DNA from: Octopus vulgaris
Lineage: Eukaryota
Assembly (NCBI GenBank): GCA_951406725.2
Contig: OX597816.1
Coordinates: 106,268,001 to 106,332,000 of the forward strand
DNA length: 64,000 nucleotides
Direction of reading: 5' to 3'
Position 1 is the stretch's first letter, and every line of letters starts with the position of its first letter. The notes below the pieces were generated by a model. That model was not told the DNA's origin. It worked only from the letters and a program-made list of their open reading frames with translations, and made no database searches. Both the position numbers and the translations under genes were made by a program. Below, piece after piece: positions 1 through 12,899 of the stretch.

Positions 1-242
1 TTAATCTCCTGATTGAGCAGACATATGATCAAAGGCATTCTAGCCATGACTATCTCATCTACTTTTACTTTATGTCCATTTCTTTTTTTTTTTTTTCTTT
101 TTTGTAAAATGTTGAGATATAATTTAACAGAAATTTGGTTGTTATTTCTAGCAGGTTGAGCAACTACAGCATCTCCTCACTGCTTCATAAAATTTCACTT
201 ATATATACTGGTATGAAACATGCACTAATTCATAGTATCCCA

Positions 243-328
243 ATGTCTACAAAGGAAACTTATTTGTTTTCAAAATCAGTAAAAATGTCTACAAAGGAAA
301 CTTATTTGTTTCAAAATCAGTAAAAATG
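243..328. repeat. Perfect 42-bp tandem duplication
   Basis: atgtctacaaaggaaacttatttgttttcaaaatcagtaaaa twice; similar 35-bp tandem duplications at 1241-1307 and ~62604-62673. Confidence 0.92.
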
Positions 329-620
329 ATAGAAACAGCCTTTGTTTTTGATTTTCCATCAAAATGACTTCATAAGAATTAAATATTAAATTGCATTGAA
401 TTAAGAAGAGGAATCTTTATCTAGTCACTTGGTCTCCTACAAATTTGCCTTCAAGTTACATTCTACTATCTTAAAATAAGACACATTGAACAATGTAGAT
501 GTAGGTACTTTATGCCCTGCAAGAAAGGTAGAAGATGGGGTTATGGATCTTTAATTGTTTTATAACTTGAATTAGCTTTCTGGGCAACTCAAACAAGAGA
601 TATATATGTCTAATCCACTA

Positions 621-855
621 CAGTGATTCTCATCCACTTTATGCCTATGAACCCCTTTGATTACTGTTTTACTTGGATCTACCTTCATAGCTATTCAATG
701 TTTTAAAAAATCCTATATTTGTATACTTAAATGTTATAATGAATTGTATACAAAAAGTTGTTAATATATTTTGTGTATTGTAGAAGTACAAACAATTTAT
801 TGTGCATAAATTTTACCAAACAAAATCTTATATGTGCCATGGTTAAGAACCACTG
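621..855. mobile_element. hAT (Charlie-like) MITE
   Basis: cagtgattctca ... taagaaccactg termini; a reverse-oriented relative at ~6065-6673 is split by an RTE fragment; TSD not recognisable. Confidence 0.65.
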
Positions 856-1530
856 AACTACATTATAGCCCACCGATGTATTGGTAGTTACTGAAATGAA
901 ACATCTCGTGTTGTTTTTGTGTAGCTCCAGATTAACCCAGACTGAGTTGACCTGTGAGCAAAGGTGTTCCAGTCATAATCAGCCTTTTTTTTATTTTTCT
1001 GACAGTAGAGTTAGTGAGGCGGGTGGGGGGGGGGGGCGTTCATGAAAAGTGTTGTGCCATTGATAAGATAGTAAATTGCTAATATTTATCAGTGTTAGAA
1101 GGATGAAAACTTGCAAATTTTGTTATGATTTTAATGCAAAATCAGTTTTATTTAGACCACATATTGTGACTGGATGAATGCAAATCTTTTTGTTAAATAA
1201 TAAATGTTTATTGGACTAAAATGCATTGTATTAAATTGTTTCCTTAAAGCTGTATTTTATCTTTCAAACCAACATCCTTAAAGCTGTATTTTATCTTTCA
1301 AACCAATATTTATATATTAAGAAATATCACCAGTCTTTTAAGTGAGCTATTATTTACTTCCCAAAATTTCCAAATTCAACCTCTATCAAACTTCCTTATT
1401 GTAAATTCAATGCTTCTATCAAACTTCTTTATTTGGGAAAGAGATCTACAAGATTTAACTCTTTTGATACCAACTTATTTGAGATTGTCTGAGATTTTGA
1501 CACAAAATTGCCCATCTTAGTGCTATTATT

Positions 1531-2088
1531 CAGCCATATTCCTACTGCTCTATGTCACGCTGGTGAGACCCATATTGGAGTATGGGATTCAAGCCTCTTC
1601 TCCTTATTTCCTCAAAGACATACATCATCTCGAAAGAGTCCAGAAGCTGGCTACCCGCATGGTTCTTGGTCTCAGAAGAAAGGCTGAAGACCCTTGACCT
1701 TTATTCTCTAGAAAAACGACGATGCCGTGGTGATCTCATTCTCGCTCACAACATCATAAGCAGAAAGTGTAACCTCTCGAAAGAGCTGTTCTTCACTCCT
1801 GCTCCAGAGCATGGGCTGCGGGGTCACTCTGAAAAGCTCTATCTACGACGATTTCATCTCAATCGAAGGGGAGGGGCTTTCTCCGTCCAGGTTGCGGATC
1901 CGTGGAATATGCTGCTGGACGAGATAGTGAAGATGCCAACAACCGCTCGGTTCAAAGTCTCTCTTGACCAGAAATGGCCTGAACTCTTTGTATGACCACC
2001 CTCCCTGTACATAACTCACTGTCCCCCTACATGGCCTTGCTTTTGCTTTTTGAGCCAATAAAAAATTGAATTCAATTCAATTCAAATC
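1531..2088 (+). mobile_element. CR1-group LINE 3' fragment (frameshifted ORF2 C-terminus, (ATTCA)n tail)
   Basis: LYVTLVRPILEYG..HLERVQKLATRMV / EERLKTLDLYSLEKRRCRGDLI..LRGHSEKL..FSVQVADPWNML; aataaa followed by (attca)n. Confidence 0.9.
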
Positions 2089-2668
2089 GATTTATTATCA
2101 AAAAATCTTTCCATTGTGTTCCTAACATCAGCTTAAAAATGTAAAATTCAACTAGATTGCTAAGTTCCTCCAAATTTTTTATTTTCAAATGTAATTGAAA
2201 ATGCAATCAGTTAAAGAACTCTTTATAACTATCATTTATATCAACATTTTATGACAGAATTATGAAACTAATTAACCAGCCATTTTATCAGAAAGCATAT
2301 TGCAACTTTATTTTAATTCCTATTCATATCTAGTTGATTTTTGCTTTTTTGTTTTAAGGGTTGAAATTACTTCACTCTTATTTTTTATTGCTCATATGGG
2401 TTGGAACAATTTAAAAGTTTGGTTTTCTATTGAATATCCATCTTTGAACTATGTACTGAAGTAGTTATGTATTCTTTGGCACGATCAAACTGCACTACTA
2501 ATAACAACAATGTCTAGAGTAGAAATATTAGACGGGTCAAAAATCACCACCCAACAACAATTTATTGCTCATTGTAACTCAATTGCTCTTTTACATATTA
2601 ATGTTTCTTTTTTCTATTCATTAAATTGTTATATTTGGTTATAGTTAGAATAATTTTCTTTTTTTCAG

Positions 2669-2786
2669 CCATCCATCCCAAACATGGACTTGTCTGGACA
2701 GATGGAAAATCTGTTTACTTGGCCAAATTCAAGATCATAAAAAACCAAGTTCAACCTGAAAAGTCCTTTAAGATTAAGGAATTTGA
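2669..2786 (+). CDS. WDCP: WDCP orthologue, first coding exon visible in window (N-terminal WD40-like region)
   Basis: ttttcag|CC..GA|gtaagt; translates (A)IHPKHGLVWTDGKSVYLAKFKIIKNQVQPEKSFKIKEF, matching the human WDCP N-terminus as I recall it (AVHPIHGLAWTDGNQVVL...GQFE). Phase 1 in, phase 2 out. Confidence 0.9.
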
Positions 2787-5700
2787 GTAAGTAATTCATT
2801 ATCTTGTTTATATACATTATAAATTATAATTATATGACTTAAATAAAATAGAGTGATTCTTTTCTTTCTGTGTCAAATACACCTCACTAATGTTATTGAT
2901 TGATATTGATATTAAAAATTGAAATTTGTAAACAAGACAAACAATGTAGTTCACAATATGGTTCTACATACACGGTGACTGGGAAGGGAATTGGAAGATT
3001 AATGAAAAAAATGCTTTCAATCATAGATCAGTTGAATTAGAGTTGCCATGGTGTTAAACAATGGCAACAATAACTGTATATATATCATCATCATTATACA
3101 TCTGTTGTCCATGTTGGATTGGACGGTTTGACTGGGCAGGCACGCTAGAAGGCTGCACCAGATTCCAGTCTGATTTGGCATGGTTTTCTACAGCTGGATG
3201 CCCTTCCTAATGCCAACCATTCCAAGAGTGTAATGGGTGCATTTACATGCTATCAGTACGGGTGCCAATTTGCATGACACTAGTATCTGCCACGACTGCG
3301 ATTTTGCTCGGTTTGATGGGTCTTCTTCTTAAGCATGACATAATGCCAAAGGTTTTGGTCATTGCCACTGTGAGGCCCAACGCTCAAAAGGAACTCAGCC
3401 ACTTTGCCTCTGTGAGACCCAGAGCTCTATATATACACACACATATATATATATATATATATTATGCATATATGTATTTATCCTCACAGATATAAAACAT
3501 AAAAGGGAAAATAATGATTAACTATTATGTATAAAGTAGATTATGTAAGCACCAGCTCATAGAAAGCCAAGTTAGTGATTGATCTGAGCTCACCTTACAT
3601 GCTTTTATTGTGTCTACCCAAAACTTACAGATTGGACTGTGGGAGAAATTGAACATGCCCAGACTACCACACTGCTTCACTTAAAATTAACTGCTGCATG
3701 GTAAAAGGTATAACACGGCCTGCAGTCAGATTGAAAAACAACATATTCAAATTTATAGATTTGTGGATTGCACCTATTCATTTGGCTGCCATAGGTTTGC
3801 TCAATCAAGCTAACCTGGAGCTATATAACAACAAACCTGTGACCCAATTTTGATTCCACATAGTCAATATTAGATTTTATGTATGTTACCAATTATTTGA
3901 CTGAATTCCATATTTTTGGCTTTGTTCATATTGAAAGAAAGAAACGAGAAGGTACCTCAAAATAACTGCGCAAAAACACTAGGTAAAAGCCCCACATTAC
4001 AATCAGAAATAGATATACCTCAGAAGGAAAGAAATACATGTGTGTGGCAGGTGGTGGTGGAAACAATGGTGGCAGGGGTGGTGGTGGTGGCAGCAGTGGC
4101 TACTGTTATTATTTATTAACCCCAGGTCAGCCCTGATCATGCAGACCTATAATGAAAGAATTTCCAGCTATGACCACTCTGTATTTTTGTATATGAATAT
4201 GTCATTTATTTAAGACCAGAATGTTATTTGAAGGAGATATGGATGTTATTTCTAGTAGGTCAAGCAACTACATAAATGCCCTACCATTCACTCATATTCT
4301 TTAAAGCATGTTAGGCTACCTAGTGACTATAGGATTTTCTTTTGCTCAACAATACTTAAACTTCACTAGTCATATTATTGCAACCAGTTATATTATAGGT
4401 GTGGTTATGGCAATGTGGTTAAGAAATTTACTTCCCAACCACATGGTTTTGTATTTAGTCATACTGTGTGGCATCTTGTGCAAGTATTGTCTACTACAGT
4501 CCTGGACCAACCAAGGAGATGGAAACTGAAAGTAGCGTTTTGTGTGTGTATATATTTTTATACATACATAGATGTATATAAGTATATAAAAGCTTGCATA
4601 AGATACATCAGTTTTGTGTGGTGTATCTGAACGTATGCCTTTGTTTTATCCACAGTCAATCCCCATGGATAAAAATGAGCACAGAATTAAATATTAGTAC
4701 TGAGTCAGTCCTAATCAAGGATATCCCAATCATCCCCTCTTTAGTATTAAGTAACATGTACCCCAAACTTATAATCAAGGGTACTTCAGCTGTGATTATC
4801 CAATCTCTTTTCTTAGGCACAAAAACAATGAGAAACGATGAGTTCCTTGGATTACATTATTCTCTGTGTCCTTTTTTTAAAAAAAAACAATATATTGAAG
4901 GAGATTTGGTTGCTATTTCTAGTAAGTCAAGCAATATTCTAATAGTGATGTGGTGTATGCATGTTTAAATAACTGATTATGAGTCTGTTATAATACAGTT
5001 GCTTTAGTTTCAACACTCAAGCTTAGCTAAAATTCTCTTGTTAAATAAGTGCAACAAAGAAATTCATCAATTCTTCATATAATATCTATGTTCCATGTGA
5101 GTATGGGTCAGATGATTTGACAAAATTCAATAGGTCCAAGAACTGCATCATACTCCAGTGTCTGCTTTCTACAGTTGGACGCCTTTCTTAATGCCAACCA
5201 CTTTACAGAATTTACTGTGTGCTTTTTAACATGCCACCAGCACTTGTGAGGTCACCAAAACAGTATGCTGAGGGAAATTTGGCAGCTATTTCTAGCCGGT
5301 CAAGTAATACTCTAATAGCAATGCAGTGTATGCATTTTCATGGAGTAAATAAATATAGAGTACAATTATATGATATAATAAAGTGGATTGGCATGAGAGA
5401 TTATTTTAAAAAATCAATAAATTACTAGACAAATTATACAGTCCATCAGATAAGTACAAAGTTTGGCAACTTGCCTCAGTTATTAACTGTATAGGTTCAC
5501 AATGGTTTGAAGGTCACTAATACATCCTTGTAATTAAGGTCATGTGTATAAGTAAATTATTTTGTTACTCTGCAAAAAAAATATATAAAATAGATGACAT
5601 GGCTGCATGGTTTGTAACTTTGTAGTTCTGGGTTGAATCCTCCTTGTGTCACACTTTGAGCAAGTGTCATCTAGCATAAACTTAGGTTCACCAATATATT

Positions 5701-6203
5701 TCCTTCAACAGACTGGAAGGAAACATTGTGCTTCCAGAACTTAGTTTCACATATTTGGCCAGGTCTTCTTGAGAACTATATATCCTGATTCCTTGTGATC
5801 TCCTCCATGAAGTTCAAGGTCCTAAGATCAAACTTTACCACTTTGTCCCATGTCCTCCTGTGTCTCCTTCTTCTTCTTCAAAGTCCATCCACCCTAAGTG
5901 ACTGACACTTCTTTTATACAACTGTCCCCAAACATATACCTCTCATATCCATACAAGTGCAGTCTTCTTTCTCACACACTAGATCTGATTCCTCATATAT
6001 GCCCAGTTTTTCTCTCAATGCACTCGTACATTGTCATTTATGTACATTGCCTATTCACTGGAACAATAATTCTCAACTGGGGTCCATATGCCTCTTGAGG
6101 GTCCATATAAGATTTTTCTTGTTAAAATTTATCTGCAATAAATTGGTTATACTTCTACGCTACATAAAGTAAGTTGATAATTATTTCTATACAATTCCTA
6201 ATA

Positions 6204-6560
6204 ATCATCATCATCATCATTTAATGTCCGCTTTCCATGCCAGCATGGGTTGGCCGGTTCAACTGGGGTCCTGGAAGCCAGAAGGCTGCACCAAGCCCAG
6301 TCTGATCTGGCAGTGTTTCTACAGCTGGATGCCCTTCCTAACGCCAACCACTCCGTGAGTGTAGTGGGTGCTTTTTACGTGCCACCGGCACAGGTGCCAG
6401 GTGAGGCTGGCAAACGGCCACGATCAGATGGTGCTTTTTACGTGCCACCGGCACAGAGACCAGACGAGGCTGGCAAACGGCCACGGTCGGATGGTGCTTT
6501 TTACATGCCACCGGCACAGAAGCCAGTCAGGGCAGCGCTGGCTACGGCCATGTTCGGATG
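6204..6560 (-). mobile_element. RTE 3' UTR fragment, nested in a hAT-type MITE
   Basis: (atc)n-ttaatgtccgctttccatgc.. is the reverse complement of 52130-52439; three ggtgcttttta(c)gtgccaccggcac subrepeats. Confidence 0.9.
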
Positions 6561-7844
6561 AATATTTAATTATAAAAATATATGATTTTTTAAACATCAA
6601 ATGACTAGGAGGGTCCATCCAAGTAAAATAGAAATCAAAGGGTCCATAGATGAAAAATGGTTGAGAAACACTGCACTGGAACATGCTTGCTTCATTTGTT
6701 TCACTACTGCGCTGCTTTGCAAGTTATTTATATATTTAGCCATTACTTATCTCTGGCTCTTAAGTTATTTATTGACCAATTCACATTTTCTTATTTATTC
6801 ATTGATTTTATTGAAGTGCTGTTTTTTTTTTTGTCTTGTTGAAGGCTGTTGATAACAAATAGAGCATTTGATCATAAAACCTGAAATTATTGACAGTCTT
6901 TAAGTAACATATAACAGAATGTCATACGAAACATCTAGCAAGTTGCACACCTGTTTGAGTTGCTCATTCAGTTTCTATTCAGTAGGTTATATATTTCCAG
7001 CAAAGATTGTTTTGAAAATGTGTTTAAATCAGAAGTATTGTACCTAGCTTAAATATTTTATTTCATAAGAAAAATCATAACCCTTATGAAAATAGTTCCA
7101 GTGTTCCCTTGATATCTGCTGCTCCTTTGTGAGCTCACAACGCCCTCAAGCATTGTGAGCTCATAAAAGCAGGTTGAGAACCACTGCCTTATCTGTCACA
7201 AATTACAAACTTTGTTAGCAACAAGTTTCAACTCTGTTATTATTAACACACTACTAACTTGATGAAACAGAAATTCTGTGGTTGTTGCCAATCATCAATT
7301 ATTGTTTCTGAAATCTTTTACAAGATTCTTGTTGAGAAACCATATGTTGAAACAGATGTTGTTATAGTTTTACTTCACCTGTGCAAAAATTGATTGGTTT
7401 TTTTTTTATGGATTGAGTTGTAGATATTTTGTGAAACTATATTTCATGTTTTAATTACATTAAAATTACTTTTATAAGGAATCTATTTGCAACTGTCTAA
7501 AGTAGGTTGGCATCTAAGAAATTAAGTAACTTTGTGTGTATGTGTGTGTGCACGCACGTGCATGCATGCATACATCACCCTCTGAAAACCCTTTAGTTGT
7601 GAGGAAATATATTCAGTTTGCCAACACAGTTGTGTTGTGTATATATGTGTTAGTATAATATGTGTGTATGTATACAGATATGTGTATGTATGTCTGTATA
7701 TGTGTGTATGTAGCTATGTGTGTATTGATATATATATATATATGTATGTATGTATGTATGTGTGTGTGTATACACACACATGCACGCACACAAACTCTGA
7801 AACTGACTGAAATTAACTGTTTGACTTTACAAAATCTATTTTAG

Positions 7845-8005
7845 TTTTGTAAACTGTGTACAATGGAGTTCAAAAAGCGACTCTGGGACATGTTACCTGA
7901 GTGTCTCACACAAAGATGGCATTTGTATATGGAAGGTAGAAGGAGAGGCACCAAACTTGGAGTTGAAACAAATTCGTAAAATATACATCGAAGCTCTGCC
8001 TCAAG
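7845..8005 (+). CDS. WDCP: WDCP exon
   Basis: ttttag|T..CAAG|gtaagt; DFVNCVQWSSKSDSGTCYLSVSHKDGICIWKVEGEAPNLELKQIRKIYIEALPQG (human: CVCGLSW...VTVWQL...ILPQG). Phases 2/1 fit both neighbours. Confidence 0.9.
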
Positions 8006-8339
8006 GTAAGTTTTATGTCAAGTGATATTTTATATAGTCAGGGATATCAAGAAACAGACATGTGTTCAGAGGCATTCCAGCCATGACAATACCATCTGAT
8101 GGACAAGACCTTTTACAGTCTATTGTCCTTGTTTTTGTTTTTTGTTTTTTTTCTTTATGTATGAACTTTCAGGTTAAAGTGTTTGCAGAAAATAGTTTGT
8201 AACACATTCTGCTATTCTGGAATTATCTAATTCTCAAAAACTTAACTCTGTTTAGCTCTTTGGATGGTTTGACAGAGCTGGCAAGGCAAAGGATTGCACC
8301 AAAATCCATTGTCTCTTTTGGCATAGTGAAGGTAGTTCA

Positions 8340-8572
8340 GCAGTAAAGACCCCCTTCGGTCATGAATGACCATGGGATTGCACCTAGAAAGGCAAGGTTG
8401 TTTATGGAAGACCAGCAGTCGCCCATGCATACCAGCCTCCACTCTCCACGCCACCAGTGTTATCCAAGGGAAAGACAAAGGTCGATACAGCTTGGCACCT
8501 GTGACGTCGCAACTCATTTCTACAGCTGAGTGAACTGGAGCAACGTGAAATAAAGGGCTTTGCTCAAGAACA
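8340..8572 (-). mobile_element. SINE with the family C core and an alternative 3' tail
   Basis: caactcatttctacagctgagtgaactggagcaacgtgaaataaag..ttgctcaag is shared with 36370-36425; the tail is unrelated. Confidence 0.7.
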
Positions 8573-8894
8573 TGGTCTTTTTACTGAAAGGTTCACCTAT
8601 GGCCACTGACTTCCAACTGGGTTAGTTAGTTACACTAGTTTCTTCTTCCTTCCTCTCACTCATAATCTGAGAGGTGGTCCTGCAAAGGTCATGTGCTTTA
8701 CTCTTTGTTCAGTTAATATACTGAATGAGTGGGTGTAAAAAATATCGAATTAACCATTTTGATACCAACCCACCTGAGACTACCCCTCATTCTTCGATAC
8801 AAACTTCTTGTTTTAAAATGATCATGCTAGCATGGAAAGCGGACGTTAAACGATGATGATGATTTAAAACCTTGCATCAGAATTTCTTCTTAAT

Positions 8895-9245
8895 TCATCT
8901 TTTTATCTTTTACTTGTTTCAGCCTTGCTGGAGCACTGCCTTTATTTGAACAAATCAAAACCCAGTACCTATTTTTTTTAAATCTAGTACTTATTCTATC
9001 AGTCTCTTTTGTCAAACCACTAAGTTACAGAAACAAACCAACGCTAGTTGTTAAGTTGTAGTGTGGTGACAGATGCAAATACATATGCACACAGGCATGA
9101 AAATCTTCTTTCAGTTTGTCTACCAAATCCACTTAGAAAGTATTTGGTCAGCCCAGGACTATAGAAGACACTTGCCCAAGGTGCTGTGCAGTGGGAATGA
9201 AACCCAGAACCACATGGTTGGGAAGCATGCTTCTTAATGACACAG
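8895..9245 (-). mobile_element. SINE family A
   Basis: tttacttgtttcag...tagaagacacttgcccaaggtgctgtgcagtggga...accacatggttgggaagc. Confidence 0.8.
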
Positions 9246-9387
9246 TGTTAACATATTTAGCATATAATGAACATCAAAAATTTATTTAGAAATACTTGCA
9301 TTTGACAAGAGCCTTAATAAAAATCAAATTGCTTTTACCCAGATAGCCTGGTTTCAATTCTCAGTAGAGGAACATTAATACCTTTTT

Positions 9388-9770
9388 AGGTGCAGGTTAA
9401 GGTGCATTGTGGTTAAGAAGCTCACTTTGCAACCACAAGGTTTGGGGTTCAGTCCCACTGCAAAGCACTTTGAGCATATGTCTTCTACTTTAGCCCCGGA
9501 TTAACGAATGCCTTGTAAGTGAATTTGTACAGAAAGTTTGTGGCAGTCCATTTCATGTGTAGACATATATTTGTGTCTGCGTGCCTGTCGGCTCTCACCA
9601 CTTGACAACTGGTTTGTTTATGTCCCCATAACTTAGTTGTTTCAGTAGAAAAGACCCGATGAAAGAAATACGAGATTTTAAAAAGTATTGGATGTTATTT
9701 GTTTGACTAAACCCTTTAAAGCAGTACCACACCATAGCCATAATCTAATGATGGAAAGAAGTAAAAGACA
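9388..9770 (+). mobile_element. SINE family A
   Basis: ggtgcagg..tgtggttaagaagctc..ggttcagtcccactgc..tgtcttctact..tgtccccataacttag..gtaaaagac. Confidence 0.8.
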
Positions 9771-10741
9771 AACAAATTGTTTCCTTCTATTCTGAGGCCT
9801 AGTAACTTTATGTGCTAATCTTTACTGTTCAACATTTAGACCATAATATTTTATATGAACCAGAAAAAGAAAATATTTTGGCCAATTATTTAGTCCAACT
9901 ACACACACACACACACATCATGGATGCTTCTACACTTAACTAAGTTACAATCACCTTCACAAGATTATATGATGGTACAATTTTCTCATGGTTGTTGCAG
10001 TAGGGCTCTAAAACGGCAATTTTAGAGTGAAGTGTTAGTCAATGATATTGACCTCATTACTTAATTTTATCAACCCCCAAAAGGACTTAAACTCAGAACA
10101 TAAAGAGCCTGAGGAAGTGCCCTAAGCATTTCATTCGACACGCTGGTGATTCTGCCAACTCTCCACTTTATAATGATAAATAACCACTGCTTCTACTATT
10201 TAATAAGAGCTTGTTTGGTGAATTAATAACTCCTGGTAGCAACATATTTGTTGTAGGCTGGTTTCATCCTACTTGTGAGGACAATGGGTTCTTTTTTACT
10301 CAACCATGACAGTACTATCTCTTTCAATAGAGAGAGGAGGAAGAATGAATTGGAAATTAATATTCATTCTTCCACCATCACTCCAGAAATAGGAACAGAA
10401 GAGATAACCTGTTATTGTTGCTGTTCAACCCCGGGTCAGTTCTGGTCTAGCAGCAGGCCTATGATCAAAATTATTCTAATCATTACCATCCTCTCTGTTT
10501 GTTTCAGCCATAGTGTATCCCTGATTACAATATCTAATGCGTCTCCTTTTTTTTTCCTAAGATACTTCTATGTTGTCTGAGGGAGATTTGGTTGCTGTTT
10601 CTAACAGTTTAAACAATACCCTTATTGGCTTGAATCAACAGTCATAACTAATGACTACTCTAATTTTGTAACAGACTTTCTGCGACATTATTGTATGGGT
10701 TATCTTACATTAATTTGTTTTACTGTTGTTATATACCTGTA

Positions 10742-10835
10742 TTGGTCAAGTGTCTTCTGCCATAATCCCAAGCCAACCAAGGCCTGGTGGGTGGATTTGG
10801 TAGGCAGAAACTGAAAGAAGCCTGTTGTGTATATT

Positions 10836-10908
<73 letters not shown>

Positions 10909-11152
10909 ATAGATAGATAGATAGACAGATAGATAGATGTGCATGAATGTGTGTCTTTCTATATATCTCCCACCACTGCTTGATGACCAGTGTTTGTTTA
11001 TGTCCATGTAACTTAGCAGTTCAGCAAAAGAGACCAATATATTAAGTACTGGATTTAAAAATGATAAATACTAGAGTAAATTCATTCAACGAAAGACTCT
11101 TCAAAGCAGTGCCTCAGCATGGCCACACTAATGATTGAAACAAATAAAAGGT
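10742..11152 (+). mobile_element. SINE family A (5'-truncated) with an expanded internal (TA)(CA)(GATA) microsatellite
   Basis: caagtgtcttctg..ggatttggtaggcagaaactgaaagaagcc-microsatellite-..cagcatggccac..gaaacaaataaaag. Confidence 0.8.
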
Positions 11153-12845
11153 AATTGTTTTAGTTACCCCAATTGCGAGCAGACACTGACACCCTCTTGG
11201 CCTTCCCACCCTTTAACCCATCAGAATATCGAGGGCATGACAACTATGAAGAAAGAGGACTGCTGCCAGCATGAGGCTGGTACATACTTCTCAGCTGAGT
11301 AAACTGAAGCAGTGTGAAAATAAAGCACCTTCCTCAACGTTACAATATACTACCTGATCCATAAGACAATTTTTCCTACACTTTAATGAGTCTGCCATTC
11401 CAGTGCCCTAGCTGAATGTATATCTATCATCATCATCATTTAACATCCATTTTCCATGCCGGTATGGGTTGGATGGTTTGACAGAGCTGGCAAGGCAAAG
11501 GATTGCACCAAAATCCATTGTCTCTTTTGGCATGGTTTTTACAGCATCAGCATCAGTCTGTACTTGATCCAGAACTGCAGCTCTTTTAAAGAGACAAGCT
11601 TCAGAAAGACATCTCTCACAAATGATACCCACACCTGTTCACCATTATCATTTAGAAATCTTTGCAGTTATTTCCATGATAGAGCATGCTTGCATATCAT
11701 TAGACATGGCTCTCCTATGTTCCAGTCAGTTTCTCATAATTTCCATCTTTGACAGTAATGGCTCAAGGACCAAGAGATACAGAAGGAATCCTTGACGGAC
11801 TGGCCATGTGATTATAGGTGGATAACTACCACTGAATGGCTACCTCTATACATTGTAGCAATCACAACTATTTCTGAAACTATCTGCACTTATGAGAGCT
11901 GTTATATAGTGATAGTCAACTTTGTCAAAAGCTTATACTGATCAAGTTAGCAGAATCCCACCAAATCTAGATTTAGCTCCACATGCCCAGTGATCTATAA
12001 GACAGAGATGCACAGGCTTCTTCTCTAGAAGACAATTGCCCAAAGTACCATGCAGTGGGACTGAGCCCAGAAGAATATGGTTGGGTTTGATATATTCAAC
12101 TAAGACACTCTTGAAAGTAATGCCTCTGCATAGCTGCAGTAAAAGACTATTAACTATTAGTGTGAGAAATAGAAAAATATTAAAAAGAAAAACATTACAG
12201 AAAAATCACACAATATTCCCAGCTGAATAAGCAACCAGTATTTCTATTTCAAGGTTAAAATAGTCAACCTGTAGAAAGTAGTTCTAAGAAAATTAGGAAG
12301 CAATTACTTTGATATCATATAAGACTATTCAGTACAAATATATACATGCACATATAAATAGATTTATAGCCACTTGCAAGGACACAAACTCACACACACA
12401 GAAATTTGTGCTTCAAAATCTGAGTAAAATATTCACATTTGTAACAATAGTTAGTACACTTTATTATGTTAGCAAAAATTTCAGAGTTAACAAGATCACT
12501 TGACCTGCAGTAAACAGCAGCCAAATCTCCTTCAAAATACACCCAACTATTTTATTTTTAAAAATATACATAGGCACAAGTATGGCTGTGTGATAAGAAG
12601 TATTCATAAGTAAAAAAGATGAGTAAAAATATGCTCTGGGAATACACATATGTTATCTTTCTTACTTCTTTTTGTATAAGTTCTTCATATATCTATCCTT
12701 ATATACACACATGCACATGCACACACATATATATATAGATAGATAAAATTTTATCTTATTCCACTTCTGGATGGAACTTCTCTCCCTCAAACATTTCCTA
12801 CATACACTTATGCCTTTTTTTTCATTGGTAATGCTTTTCTCTGTA

Positions 12846-12897
<52 letters not shown>

Positions 12898-12899
<2 letters not shown>

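Noticed and set aside
6368-6515. Regularly spaced ~24-bp repeats with ~30-bp spacers, CRISPR-like
   Set aside because: Eukaryotic context, spacers similar to each other, no cas genes; these are RTE 3' UTR subrepeats.
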